The position numbers and the translations under genes are program-made. Shown one piece after another: positions 49,961 to 64,000 of a DNA stretch of 64,000 nt. Every line of letters starts with the position of its first letter. Position 1 is the stretch's first letter. This DNA is from Eledone cirrhosa (taxonomy: Eukaryota). The DNA lies in assembly GCA_964016885.1 (NCBI GenBank), contig OZ024740.1, forward strand, positions 99,634,001 through 99,698,000, in the 5' to 3' direction. A model generated the notes under the pieces. It searched no databases. It was given only the letters and a program-made list of their open reading frames with translations, and was not told the DNA's origin.

Positions 49961-52900
49961 TTACTAGTTAAAACCAGTAAGACTTATTATTTAACTTGGC
50001 CCTACATACTTAAGGAAACTTAAGTGTTGATATTATTGTAGGATCTATTGCTCAACGTCCAAGATTAAAGTGTTTTAAAATGTTTTAAGCATGGTGACTG
50101 CCCAATAGTTTCTACAATAATATGTATATATAAACTGTAAAATTGCACTACTGTGCATATACTCACATTTATAAATTTATAAAGGACTCAATGCTGAATG
50201 CAGAGCAAAATAACATAAATGAATAATTTTCTGATGAATTTTCAAAGTATTAAACTGGAAGTGGTGTGAGAGCATATTTAATAAGAGATGTAAAATGGCA
50301 AAAAAGGAAAATGAATCAGAGGTTTAATAAATCATTATTATAAGGCACTGCAGAATAACATACAAGGTGTTTACATATAAAAAGATAAAGGAAACAAAAT
50401 AAAGTAACTGACTGTGAGCCCAGCACCCTAACCACTATGTCACATGCCTTCATGTGATCTTATTTTATATATGAATATTGTTAGAGATGTTGCTTTTAAT
50501 TGGTTTGGACTGAAATCAGTGATACTGATGCAGTTAACCTTATCGTTGAATAGTTGCAAGTTAATGGTTGCAAGAAATATATATGCATGAAGGGATTTCA
50601 AAAGATTTGACACTATGAGAAGGAATGATGGAGCTAGATGTAGGTTCTGGGAAAGGGAAGTGAACACAATATAATGATGAGTGAGTTGAGAATGCCTGAG
50701 TAGAGATAGCATCAGAGCAACTAGATCTGAAGAGAAGAAGCCACTATAGTAGAAGCAAAAAGTCAAAGTGAGAGAGATGAGAGATTGCAAGTCTATGAGC
50801 TAGCTGTTGTTCTTAAAGTTATCATTTTTGTGTGTTTTATTTCTCCTAATTAAGCAGTCCTCTTTTGGTTAAAAGTATACCAAATATGTTTTCGTTTTCT
50901 TTAGGTATAGTCAATCTACTACTGCAGACAGGCTTTACACTAGAATAAGTACACTGCATGCCTGCATGTCATAATATGTCACTAAAAGGCTTGATACCAA
51001 GAAGGGCATTAAACCTGTCATGGGGCCTGCAATGTTATTTCCTGTGCTAGATGCAAAAAAATACTTTAAAAGACGTTGTTTTTCTACTTTTAACATGAGG
51101 AAGATATGGTTGCTATTGCCGTCAGACTAAGCGACAATATATAGACTCATTTTTGTTATTGTTGTTGGAAGAAGCAGCAATGGGATTACAGAGTCTTAAT
51201 GAATAATGAAACCTAGTTTCCTTGCAATGTTTTATAGTTTTGAATGGGTCCCTATATGTTTATTCTTATATGTACTGTTCAGCTGATTGCCACAAAACAT
51301 CATTCAATGTTTTATTCCATTGCTTGTTTATATCCATAATCCCATGCTGATTCTTGCATTGCTTTGTTGTCTTATAGGAAATGAATTTTTCTACTTGGTA
51401 TCACATCAAAGTACACACACTGCCACAATAATCGTTGATATTGATGTTGATCTTTTTATATAGCACAAATATGCTATCTGAAGGAAATATGTTCAGATTA
51501 CAGATTATGTTTATTTTTATTTTATTATATATGTTGGCAAAATCACACACTCGTCTCATTAATTGTACAATGTTTGGTCCCTTCAAGTTAATGTGATACT
51601 TATGTTATTTCTGCTATCTTCCCTAAAGAATTGAAAAGCTAAATCAACAAAAAGCAATGAGAAATGAGGACTGTATTGCAGCTAAGCTGCTGAGTAATGG
51701 CTTATTTTGCATAGTTCATTTTTCTACCTTTGTAGCTTGAATTTCATTTTTGCTTTTTATTCAATCAATTTCTGTCATTTTTCTGAGATTTCTATGGGGT
51801 TTTTTTTCTGTATGTGTAATAATATTTCGGAGCATGTTTCCAATTTATTCGACTTTATTACAAAATTCTTCAAATTGTTGAAGAAAACCCAATCATTACT
51901 TTCTTTGTTCAAATGTTTCCTCACATCGAAGTTCTATTTCTGAAAGAATAGTCACTTGAGAATTAAATCGGTAATGTTTCTTGGAAACCTTTTTCATGGC
52001 AATTGCAAAATAAACATTGTTCTTTAGACGAAGTCTTAGAAAAAGTAATCTGAATTGATGCAGCATTCATTTAAGAAGTGAGAAAACCAATTTTTACCTA
52101 GTTATCTGAGAAAGTGTGGAATTTTGTCTTGGTACTACATAAACAAAGCAATTATGTGCACTTTCACATTTGAACACATAACCAACAATTTTAATGTAAA
52201 CATAACATGATATAATATTTCTATGGAGAAAATGCATTTAATGGCAGACTTACAAATAAATATTCTTTCAGATTATTTTTTTCTTAGACTAAGATTTTAT
52301 TTTTGTTTCTACTTCTTTTGTGCATTCATATTTTTCCACTTTTAACATTAATTTTATTGGGTTGTGCCTGTAATTCAAATATCCAGTTTTGACACATATT
52401 CTGTCACACTGATTTGTCTTAGTATTATGTTAAGTGTACATGTGTTTGTGGAATATTCAACCACTTACATGTTAATTCATGAGATGGACATTCAGCTGAA
52501 TGAACAACTTTATGCTCATCATCAAACCCAGCATAGGTGTGGAGATGGTGGTAGTCAGTATCTTTAACTGAAAAACAGTAAGCCAATTTCTTTTGAACTA
52601 AATTCTTTTGTCAATCATGTTACATACACAAAGTCAAACCAGCCATGTTCTACATTGAATATTATAAGGCAAACTATCTGATATTTTAATAATCCTTCAT
52701 ATCCACCACCCATAAAATGACATTTTATTTATGAACTCTGAAAGGATGAATAATAAAAATGACACCAACAGAACTTAAACTCAGATCAAAGTATCTGTTT
52801 TGCTTCTGAGCATTCTTAGTCCAAATCTCACCATCTAATACCATCTATGTGCTGATGCTTCTGTCAGAAGTTGTAACCAACAGATAATATTAGCATTGGA

Positions 52901-55900
52901 AAGACAAATGTAAACATAGCTTGCTTGGTCCACTCTGAGAATCCGTCCTTTTGTTTCATTATCCTTTAATTCTGAGATGGTTGTATAAAGGAATGAAGAG
53001 AAATTTTAGTGAATAGAATTTAGGAAAAGGTAAACCCAGGAACACATGGAATAAAGCAGTGGAGTTTGACTGTAAAAAGCTGACTATCATGACATTGATA
53101 AGAAGAGATTGCAAGGACTGGCAGCATGTAGCACATCATTTAAAAATGTGAATGCAACTTGACCCAGTCATGTCCCCACCTAAATACCACTATTTCCATC
53201 AACATGCCCCCTCCACTCAATCAAGGTTCACTCTCCACACCAGCCATTGCCCTTTAGTAACTGTTCACATTATCAGTTGACACACCCCTCTTCCCAATCT
53301 ATCTGAGATCGTCCCCCCACCCACTGTCTGCTCTCATATCACCCTGTCAAATCCTATGAAAATAACATACTTTCTCACTCCATTTCTACCCCACCTCACT
53401 ACTTTAAACACTACCACACCTGCCATCCACCCACCTATTATCACTTTATATCCTTATACTTACTCTTCTTTTTTCCCACCATCATGTTACTCCAACATGT
53501 GTCACTTCGGACAAGTTTCCATTTCACCCTTCATAAGGAAGAGAGAGACTTCAGTTGTGTCAATGGCATGACAACTGCTCTAGCATTGGGAGTCCCAATG
53601 GGACCATGATAAAACGCACCCAATACACTCCATAGGTGATTTGTGGTATGAAAGGGATATAGTCATAGAAAACTTGCCAAATGAAAGAGCAAAGATAGGA
53701 CAGACTACTTAGTTCTAATGTCACAATAAAATGTACCCAGTACATGTTCGTTGATATGCCACCTCTTTCTTCCCCTGGCCAATCTGAGAGGGCTGTAGCA
53801 TGATTAAGTACTGATTTGGCCTGTGATAGCCAATCCAATCTTTGCTAGCAGGAGATAAAATGGACAGACACTAAATTATGATGATGATTATGATGTCACA
53901 CACTTTGTGACCTAGTAGCAAGGTTTGACAGAAAATGTTAACACCAAGAATTCAATGATAAATGTAAAATGAATTTAACAGTTTTGGTGTTTTTTGAATG
54001 TCTAAAATGACACTTCCATAGTGTAATTACTTTGGTTTCAACAGACAGTCTCAAATTAAGCCACTTGCCTATACAACTCAGAGATTTAATTTTCACTATA
54101 GCAAAATTACCCACTCTATGTAACCTAACATTCAGTTATAAAGATTTACTTTTATTAATGATGTCATTTCAAATTCTGTCTTAAGGCATTTCGTACTTAC
54201 TGCTGTTTTTTGTATTACTTGAACTGTCATTTTCCCTCTAATCTATGAACTGCTGTTAATATTAATTTATATTGCTTATCACCGTTTTATATTACTCAAA
54301 ATAATTATCCCACCACTTAAATTTGAGCTGCTCTAAAGATTACAGGTGGAAAATGTAGAAATAAAATTTTAGATATATGTAAATATAAATACTTTGCATT
54401 CATTGACTTCCCTATGCAAACACTTCAGTATTTAATCCCCTCTCACCCAACTTACTCCCTTGCCACACATTTATACATACACACACAAACAAACATGCAC
54501 ATATGTACATATGCTCGTGCAAATCTGATTAAATAATACACATAACAGAACACACCTGCAAAATCCTTGATTTTTCTTTTTTTAAGGATAATATTTTGTT
54601 AAGATCAAATCATCTCTAAATTCAAATTGTAATAAAAATAAATTTATGTTTATCCAGATCCAGAAATTAATAATTCTGATTATATCATGCCCTTTTTTTT
54701 AAATCCTTTAAAATTGTATTTCCAGTAATCTTTTTTGAAATGATGTGGATTCTAATATATACTGTTCTTGCTGAACTATACCAAATACATTTAGAACTCT
54801 TCAGCAATTAGAGTTATCTTTTACACTTGCCTAGAACAAATTAAATTGATACCAGTCTTTGGGTTAATATCATCTTCTATATATCCCACTAGAAAGGAAT
54901 TGGATTTCTTTTTCACCAATATATTAAGTACAATGAGAACTAACCTAGTTGTTATTTTTCTTGTAAACGACATCTCTAAGTAATTTCCTTCAGGCATGGT
55001 GATAAATTTTGACTCCTACTCAAGTACATAATTGTACATCCATATAATGATACGTATTTTAATAATTTGGCAAGTGTGAATACAGTATAGTCAATTGGTT
55101 AAGAAGTTTACTTCATAATTATAAGGTCTAGGATTTGATACCTCTGTTTAGCATATTGGGTAATTGTCATTTAGTATAAGATTTGGGTTGATCTAAATGA
55201 GTAAAATTAAATAGATGAAAAGTATTTGGGTACCCATCTGGTGGATTTTACCTATAATTCAAATGGCCAGCCTTGTCCCATACTGTGTCATGTGAAATCA
55301 TCCTGAGAATTATATTAAGAATACATGGGCCTTTTGAATGCTGTCACTTACATATTAATTTCTCAAGCAGACTTTTTTTCAGTTGCTAGAACAGCTACGA
55401 CACTCATTTCCAAAACTGCCAGAGCTATATTCTAGTCCATTTAGAAAGTATACAGAAGTATATCCCAAAGAAATTCTGATAATACCAAAGCATGTCTTGA
55501 GTTGTCACAATGTTTTCTTCTCACTACAATTGTATAATTAATATGTTCCCCACTACACATAGTATGATGGCCCCTGACTTCACCAAATTCTTTGTATTGC
55601 TTGTATTGCTTTGCATTGTATGATCTGCCAAACATTTTCAGTGAGCCAGTTTCCGATCTGGAAATTATGTTAATCAAATCAAAGGTTCCATTTATGATCT
55701 TGATAAACATTCCCAAATAAGCAGAATCGAAGACCAGTCCTTTCTGTTGTTGTTGTTGCTTAGTCCTAGCTTCATCAATTGCAGCTGTTCCTACCACTCT
55801 TTTGAAGGGGTATTTGATTTCAAGATGGTGAGCTTTTATTGGAGGAACTTTTAGCTGTCGTTTCTAGCAGAGTAAGCGATCATTTAAATTGTTATATAAC

Positions 55901-57171
55901 CATCTGTGGTTTGTGTTTTGTTGTTTGTTTTTAATCCCAGATTAGCCATGGTGAACAGGCCTATTATCAGGGATGTTTCAGCTGTAATGATTCTATTGTT
56001 TTTTATTCAGAGAGTGTATGTCCTTCTTTACTTAGAACAGCAGAGTATGATTTAAGGAAAATTTGGTTCTTATTTCTGTGAGGTTAATATCCAGGTTGCT
56101 CTTTGGTGTAATTTTTTCATGATTATTGTTGCAGAATATGTCCACCATAATTCAACAAAATCATGATTAATTAATGTTTTTCATTTGTTATTTCAATATT
56201 TTTGCAATAATTAAATACTATTTTTAGCAAAAAATCATTTTGTAAACATTTCATATTCTTTCAGTGGACTTCTAATTGTATGTCTGAATCCACCTCTTCC
56301 ATTGCATCTAACAGAATTCTCTGAAAAGGAAATGGTGGACGGCTTCGTGTCACAAGATGTTAGTTTTATGCTAATCTGCATTTTGATAGAGAGGCTTCTG
56401 ATATCTTTATGATGATGGCCTATTCTGTATATGGTTGTTAATGGAATATTTTCTTTGTTTTCTTTCATGAGGTTATTTGATGGTTCTGAAGATATGACCA
56501 TCATTACAAAGTGAAATCCTCCTTCTGCGACAAATGCTAGCTTCCTTTAGTAGGAACCATCAAGCCTTAAATAAAAACATTACACCTTCTAATTATGTAA
56601 AGATAATTGAAAAAATGAAACAATCTTAATAATAATAAAAAAAGAAATCCCTACATGAATTGTAATAAAAATTGCTATGCAAACACAAAATTGCAATGGA
56701 GGGACAGAATTAAAATGAAGGGACAAAATTCGAATAAATGAAATAAAAGCAAGATTAAAACAAGTTAAACTTGTTCTCACCATATTACTAATGAACTACA
56801 GTGCTTGTGATTTCCAATTTACATTGAAAATAATTAAGAATTTAGAAGGATTTAATGATATAACTAACTTTCTTATCATTAAGTTGATATTTGAAACAGA
56901 ACATAACAAAGATTCTTATATATGCTACAAAGCATTTTTTTCGACACTTTAACGTTTCTGCCAATTCACTGCTGTTCTGCTAATTAATACTTTATTATTC
57001 TACAAAATCACTCAAAAGGAGTTGAAACACAAAAAAGAAATGTATTGTAAAAGAAATTTAGTAACAATGTTTCAAAAGACTAAATCAATATAATATGCCT
57101 ATCCTACAGATAGAGCCTTATGTTAAGATATCAACAGTTCAAATGATTTATTATGAATGGAAATGAAATAT

Positions 57172-57430
57172 GGAGTAAAGGTGCATGGCCTATTGGTTGG
57201 GTCCATGATCACAATTCTATGAGTTTGCTTCCCAGTGACATATATCCTTGAACATGCATTTACTTCACATTGCTTCAGTTCACTGAACTGAAAATGAGAA
57301 CCAGTGGCAACAGGAGATTAAACTTGCAATGGACTGGCATCCCATCTAAAGATTAGTTCTGTACTCCCAGATGTGTAATGCCCATGAAACCAGTCATCCC
57401 ACATTAAGCATGGAAGTATGGACATAAAAT
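57172..57430 (+). mobile_element. Old CORE-type SINE
   Basis: GGTGCATGGCCTATTGGTT head and TCCTTGAACA..CATTTACTTCACATTGCTTCAGTTCACT..ACTGAAAATGAG core resemble 25543-25684. Confidence 0.55.
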
Positions 57431-58995
57431 AATGTTTACTCTAATAAAATAAAAAATATTTTGATTTTGTTTCATATTGAGAGAAACCTCTTTTTTATAA
57501 GAAAATATTCCTATAATATTTTAAAATTTGTTTTTCAGTATTGAATAACAAATTTGTTTTCTTTGTTTCTTTTTGCATGTATTTCTTAAGAATTCTTTAA
57601 ACAAGACACAATGTTAAAGGGAACAGAAAAGAAAGAAGAGAAAATAAAATGAAAAGGAGAAAAAAGAAAGAATTCTTTTGTTACCTCAGGTAAGCTCTAA
57701 TAGAGCAAACCTGCTTAAATGTGTTTCACCCATGAAAATTCATCTTTGTATAGCCAAGAATACATTGACAGCAACCTTTGAAGACTGTAGCTATAAATTA
57801 AGAGAGATTTGGCTATTATTTCTAGCACAGTTCTTATTTGGTGAAAATTTATCTCCATGAAATAAACAGTACATACTCAGCTGGTTCTGGATTTGTACAT
57901 ATTTGTTTTCAAGTATAATTAGTGTTGAGAAAAAATTTAAGTATTCTTTTATAATTTATAAAAATATATATTTGTTTTCTGTTCTCCATTTTGGAGATTT
58001 AACAATCTGTATTTTAATTACCTTTTACTGTAGTCAATGTCTATCGTTAATATTTCATAAGTAAGTAAAATCACATTATTTCTGCTACTGTGCTTTTTGA
58101 ATGTTCATCATTTAACAAAAATTAAACTTTCTTTGAAATAAAAAAAAATACTATAATTAAGTAATACTATAATAAAGGTAAGTAATAATTCTCAATCAAC
58201 TTTTAATTAGTGTTGAGAAAAAATTAAAGTATGCTTTTATAATTTATAAAAATATATATTTGTTTTCTATTCTCTATTTTATAGATTTAAAAGCTCAGAC
58301 ACAGTAATTTATTGAAAGTTAACTTAAGTGTTGTGCTTACAGATAGTGAAAGAAATGTGCTAAGATGTTGGATTCAATGAGAATTATTCTGCTTCTCTAT
58401 TCTATTCTCTGCAGTGAAGATCTTCCAAAGGATTTACTCCACTTAATTTAGTTTCTTGTCAGTGAAGGGAAAGAAAATGTTATCTCAGTTTTCAGTCCCA
58501 TTTATCGTTTTATCAATTGTATTATTGCTTCATAATGCCACACTGTGTTGTTTCCTTCAGTGTACTTACAATATCATCTCACCTAGAATGTCTTAATAAT
58601 GACTTGCTGAATTTGCTCAGCCAACCTATTCAGTCGTGAATGACTTGTAACCTAGTAAAGAAAAATTGATTATCTGAAAAAACCCTCTGTCTATATATTT
58701 GATTTTCCAACAGAAATCCTTATTCATTCTTTATTAGTCAGACATTTTACTCAATTTACCATGCTAGCATTGTACAGTAGAAATGGTTTGCCAAATTGCA
58801 TTGTGTTTTCGTTTTCTTACTTCTCTCTTTATCATTTAAACTATATAAATTCATAGCTGCCGGGTGAACACGTTTGCTTCATGTCTATGTGGGTCTGGGT
58901 TCAATCTAGATAAATGAAACCTTAGGCAAGTGTCTTCTACAATACCTTGAGAGTGAAATTGATTAACTAACATGTATGTATGTGAGACAGAGAGA

Positions 58996-59037
<42 letters not shown>

Positions 59038-59039
59038 CC

Positions 59040-59640
59040 AGTGTTTCCATGTCTTAAATTAGATGCCCTTACTCTCTCTGTTACGACATTTCACTCTTGC
59101 TTATACTGTATGTACAAGGAGAAGGACTTGTTTCCAAGCCAAACTTTGTAAGACTCCTTCTTTGCTCAGATGGTATTCTTCATATTGGGATTGAGCCAAG
59201 GAGGCCATTTGCCACCCAGCACCACACAAAGCCCCTTTCACTCACAGTATTTAACAGCTGAAGCAGAAAAAAGCTGAGTTAAACAGTTTCTACTCCAGTT
59301 CAATGTCCTCAGTTTGCTCAAGGGAATCTCTGAATTTGGATGCAATAATATCTGCATACTTGCTCCTGATTTTGTTATACACAAATGCTTCCCCCTTTAT
59401 CTTTTCAAGAAAGCCTGTGTAGTGCACTCTATATGCGAGTGGAGTCCCAGTGAAGCAGGTGAGGAAGTTCAAGTATCTCAGGGCTGTGTTCACAAGAGAT
59501 GGAATGCAGGAGGCTGAATTAAGTTAAAGCATTCCAGGAACTGATGCTGTAATGTGCCAGCTTTAGCACTTGATCATCAGAAGGAAGGAATGTGTAAAAG
59601 CCAAGCTCACTATCCGAAGTTGAGTATTTGTACCAACCCT
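59040..59640 (-). mobile_element. Old RTE-X-like LINE fragment (post-endonuclease region)
   Basis: YADIIASKFRDSLEQTEDIELE*KLFNSAFSASAVKYC...PPWL...I*AKKESYKVWL resembles the LINE EN-RT linker. Confidence 0.5.
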
Positions 59641-60079
59641 TACCTATGGTCATGAACAATAAAATACTCACAATCTATACTGTAAAGTGGTTGGTTCTAG
59701 GGAAGTCATCCAGCCAGTAAAACAATTATAAATGAATCTTATAAAATTTACACTAATTGTGATGACTGGGCAACTAGGATCCAAAGAGGAAGCCTCTATG
59801 TGATGGTTCTATCTGCTAGAAGTAGTTAACAAATCTCCCTCAGATCACACAACTATTGTAAAAAGGGAAAAATACAGCCAATATGAATGCCTCTATATGG
59901 ATGCATACTTGTTATAAATAGCAGTGAAACATCCCTACCATTTTAAATAAAAGACATATTAGGCATTGTAGACCAGGATATACAAAGGGATGATAGTCTT
60001 AATCACAAATACGATGTATTTGTTCATACAACAAATGAAAAAATAATCTTTAAATCTACATGAAATATGTTTGTAACTG

Positions 60080-61400
60080 ACAAAATCCTTATCATCGCCA
60101 TCCTGACCCCCTCCCCATTATTATCCTTTTATGCCTGCTTTTCCAAGTTTGTGTTGGTTGGACATGTCTTACCACTTGTTGCAGTTGTTTATCACTGTTT
60201 TTATGAGGTTCATCATTCTATGATCATACCATTTTTTGGTCTTCATCTTTCACAAGTTTCATCCACATGGTTTATGTTACTTGACAATTTTTTACCCAAT
60301 TGCTATCCTCTATACACATCACGTCTTCTCTCAAGTACAATACATCTGATCCTTTTATAAGAAGTTTTTCTCTCAATTCATGTGTGTTCCCTTGTTCATG
60401 CTCACTAACATAACATGTCCAACAAAGCATGTTCATCTAATTTTTCTCCAGCCTTTTCATATCCTTCACATTCAATACACATGTTTCACTAACTAACTTG
60501 TTGCATTGCACTAAGTATACAAACCATATTCAATTTGTTATTCACTCCAAGAGAGAATTTTTTTTTTTTGTTACCAGCAGAGTTAATATCTTCCTGACAA
60601 AATTTAGTTTTAAAGAAATTGTTATCTGAGCAACATTTGTAACCTTTTATGAGTATTAATTCTTTAAATCCTCATTTATCAGCTAAGCACATGTAGTATT
60701 TGACACAAAATGAAGACATACTGTACAAAATTAGATTTAGAACTACATAAACAAGGGTCAAATTCACATGGAAATAATCACTATTTCCTTAAATTTTACC
60801 ATTTTGTTCTTTCTCTGGTTACTATGCTTTCGAAAGACTTACCTGCATTACTGATTAAATTATGTAATAGAAGCTATCAACTACTTTGAAGGATCTTTCC
60901 AATCATTGGTGCTCTTATAGCCAACTAGATCTGTATATGTGCTACATAACAAGATCTTCACTGTTAGCCTCTGTGAGATTCTACTGCATTTCTTATTAAA
61001 ATTCTACTTGCACACATTTTTTATTTGCATATTGAATATGTTCGTTTCCCTGATGTCAGCAAAGTTTCCTTTTTTCTCATAAGGATTTTCTTCCACATTT
61101 TGAATTTCTTCTCTAATTCTATGATAGTTTCAGCTGTGAAAATTAGGTCATTAGCTTACAAAGGTTCACAGAAGTAACCAGTCTTAAACTCCTCTATTAT
61201 GATTTGGAGAACTTAATATAAAGATGGGGTTTGATAACTGAGTCATGATAGGAACCTAGCAGAAAAAGTACATGGCTCTTGAGGTAATCATGAAATTTTC
61301 ATAGTGATCACCAGAACAGAGAAAGGGGTATACTATTAGAAGCTTTCTTGAGGTCAATGAATGCAAGAAGTAGTGACTTGCTCTTTACAAAAACTTCTAT
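60080..61400 (-). mobile_element. Highly decayed RTE pieces
   Basis: Remnants resembling LEKIR*TCFVGH (ERN.A.ML.W), IIEEFKTGY..EPL*ANDL and LHSLTSRKL (AFVDLEKA). Confidence 0.55.
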
Positions 61401-62099
61401 AGTTGTTTCACTTAAAAAATAAAATCATTAATCCCCTGTCCTGTTACAAAACCAACTGCATCTGATCCAAGATAATTTTCTATCTAACTAGTTTTGTTAT
61501 ACCTCTGTCTGCTACTATTATAACTTGGTCATTAGTTAGATATCTATTCATTCTTTTGTGGCTAATTCTTCTAAGGAATGTTCATTGTGCTGTTGCAGAT
61601 GATAAAAAGTGCTGTACTAGTCATTGGGTATGATATCACTCCCTACCTATCTACTACTTGTTTGATTTATGTGTTTTCTACTTTACTGAATACTTTCTTC
61701 ATCTGAGAATCTATTGCTGATGATCCTGGTCGTATCCTGCCTTCATAATATTAATGGCTTTTTCAGTCGTATATATGTTGATATGGGAGATATGAATGTT
61801 AAATGGGAATTCATTATCGCTACTACATCAGAATAATAAACATGTCAAATAGATAAGATCCTTGAGATATTTCTATAAGATTAAACATATAAAACTTAAT
61901 GTAAGAGATCTGCTAGAAATAGCAAAAATTATTCTTCAAAGTATATACTACAATCTTAAAAAAGGAGAACACATTACATACATGGTCTGCTCTGTATCAA
62001 TAAAAAACATGAGATGATCATTGCTAGAAAATCCTTTACCATATATCTACTCAATCCTGTATATACTATTAGATCTATGAACAACACTTAGTGAGTTCC

Positions 62100-62850
62100 T
62101 TAACAAATACTTGGCGAGTGTAATAAAAATGTTCAATGCATAACACAAATGTGATTTTTGTTGCTTACATCCAGGTATCTTTTGCAAGACACCATTTCAT
62201 CTGTTAGATACAAACAAGTTTGGCATATCTGAGGGATAGGGTAGGTAGAACAATAAATTGAGTACTTTTTACTGAAATTTAAGCGTTTCTTTTAGGAATA
62301 GAAAGGGCTTCACATCCAGAATAAAGTTTAAAAGATACATTTGTTGGAAAACATTAAACAGGCAGTTGGATTTTTAATAAATAAGGCTTATACTAGATTT
62401 GTGGGTAGTCTGTTCAAGTAGGTCAATCATACCACTGTGCAAGAAATGTAATTCACTCCTAGCGGATTTGTATTTATCCTCCTGTGAGATTTTCTGTTTG
62501 GAAAGGTTAACGAAACAAAGGAGGATATGTCGGATTAGGCAGGTGAGTGGATGCTGTAGATACCTAAATGATGTATATGTTCTATTCTACAGACACTTTG
62601 AAGGTTTGATACATAAAATTCATGCAGATAGTTTACAGGCAAAATGGAGTGGTTACAACATTAATAGGCTCAATTATTTTGAAGTCTCTATTAAAAAAAA
62701 CGATGAGTTGAGAGTGATGAGAGTTTACACTAAAACTATTTGTTTTAAGGTAGCTCAGATGTCCTTTGCTTCCAACTATATACAAGAGTATTTATATAGT
62801 TATGCGTCTGTTTATCTGGTTTCTGTTTCTATATCAACTGATTACTAAGA
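62100..62850 (+). mobile_element. Ancient PLE-type RT remnant (distinct clade)
   Basis: IPLCKKCNSLLADLYLSSCE...CRYLNDVYVL...LNYFEVSI...VYTK resembles GIPMGxNCxPLLADLxL...RYIDD...FLDL..VYDK. Confidence 0.5.
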
Positions 62851-63007
62851 TGCAATAAATATGGAACTCTTTCTGTTTAACATATTTGATGCACATTTGA
62901 ATGAGGAACCTCTACAGAACTTGATCACTCAACCTTCTAGAAATGGCAAACATATCACACTCAGTTGTCTTAAGGAGACACTGAGTAACATATTCCTATT
63001 TGTTCCC

Positions 63008-63220
63008 TTAACACTTTAGCATTTACATTAGTCTATATTTACTATTTTATTTTTGTGGTAAATGCTTCATTTCATGAGATTTTTCATCTATGAGATTTTG
63101 ATATTCATTTTGAGAACATTACCTTAACATCACTATGAGTGGCCAGTTATAGCCATTTTGAACAGAAAGATGTGAGAGAATTCTGGCCAGATACAACCAA
63201 TTTAAATGCTAAATGGTTAA
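63008..63220. mobile_element. TTAA-flanked MITE
   Basis: TTAACACTTTAGCATTTA ... TAAATGCTAAATGGTTAA. Confidence 0.65.
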
Positions 63221-63474
63221 GATACAGGCTGGTCACGGCTAAAATGACTTGGATCAAAGGCTTTTATCTGCATGTATGGACGGAATTCCTCCAACCAGAG
63301 TTATTCCAGCCATGACCATCCTGCCATTTCAAGGTTATATCTAGGATTATACTGTTCTGTGAATCTAAGATAGTGTCATTTGACTGCTGATTTTAACAAA
63401 TTCAGCAACCATGTCCTTTGAATGTTTGTATGTTTGTTTTTTCCCACTCATAAAATAGTCAGAGTAAGATTACA

Positions 63475-63650
63475 TAATTGTTTATATTTTAGGCACAAGG
63501 CCAGCAATTACCCAGTACATTACTGGTACTTTATTTTATCGACCCCGTAAGGATGAAAGGCAAAGTTAACCTCGGCGGGATTTGAACTCAGATCATAAAG
63601 GGACGTAACTCTATGCTTCAAAGCATGGTGTCCGACTCTACCGATAAGAT
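63475..63650 (-). mobile_element. Nin/Deu-domain-like tRNA SINE, young copy
   Basis: Minus strand GAGTTCAAATCCCGCCGAGGTTAACTTTGCCTTTCATCCTTACGGGGTCGATAAAATAAAGTACCAG. Confidence 0.8.
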
Positions 63651-63842
63651 TACATAATGACAGACAGATATAAATTTACATAAAGAAAGATATACAACTT
63701 CTTCTCAAATTTAGTAAAGTAGCTAGAATCAAACAATGGAAAATGGCATGAGTTTCAATCTGTTCATAGGCTGCAGTCTGGATTTGATGGCGATCTTGAT
63801 TTTACTTTGCACATCATTGTGCATGCATTAAGGAAAGTCACT

Positions 63843-63899
63843 ATTGAGTACTCTGGTGCATTATGGTCCATCTGGTTCCTTACCACACCTCCTTCATTA
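63843..63899 (+). repeat. Copy of the (TA)n-associated terminal repeat
   Basis: TATTGAGTACTCTGGTGC.TTATGGTCCATCTGGTTCCTTACCACA followed by (TA)n. Confidence 0.85.
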
Positions 63900-64000
63900 T
63901 ATATATATATATATATATATATTTGTATATTTTAGGGATTGTAACATCAAGTTACTGTTAGTTCACTAAAGTGAGCAGTGGATGCATTGTCCCCATATGT

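Noticed and set aside
55441-56504. Minus-strand ORFs of 118 and 89 aa
   Set aside because: No recognisable motifs, and they overlap decayed interspersed repeats.

Overview
AT-rich, microsatellite-dense animal DNA, most likely a cephalopod (Octopus-like) intron or intergenic region. This assignment is inferred from the repeat content, not from a marker gene. I could not support any host protein-coding exon, and most tracked ORFs are (TA)n/(CA)n/(CT)n artefacts or antisense frames of transposons. The window is a nest of mobile elements. It contains (1) a near-intact RTE-clade LINE on the minus strand (about 21602-25243) with APE endonuclease, RT and a C4HC3 PHD finger inside the RT, broken by one CAG>TAG stop, plus many truncated copies; (2) a tRNA-derived CORE-type SINE carrying that LINE's 3' tail, and Nin/Deu-domain-like SINEs; (3) decayed Penelope-like elements (PLEs); (4) Helitron-like, mariner and TTAA MITE remnants. 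The most striking signal is about a dozen type I hammerhead-ribozyme motifs, from near-intact to eroded. Several have a 60-115 nt expanded stem II and a palindromic stem III. Many sit in small non-coding fold-back or circularly permuted tandem units inserted in (TA)n tracts, resembling pLTR-only elements or retrozymes. All alignments and folds were done by eye, and element boundaries are approximate.
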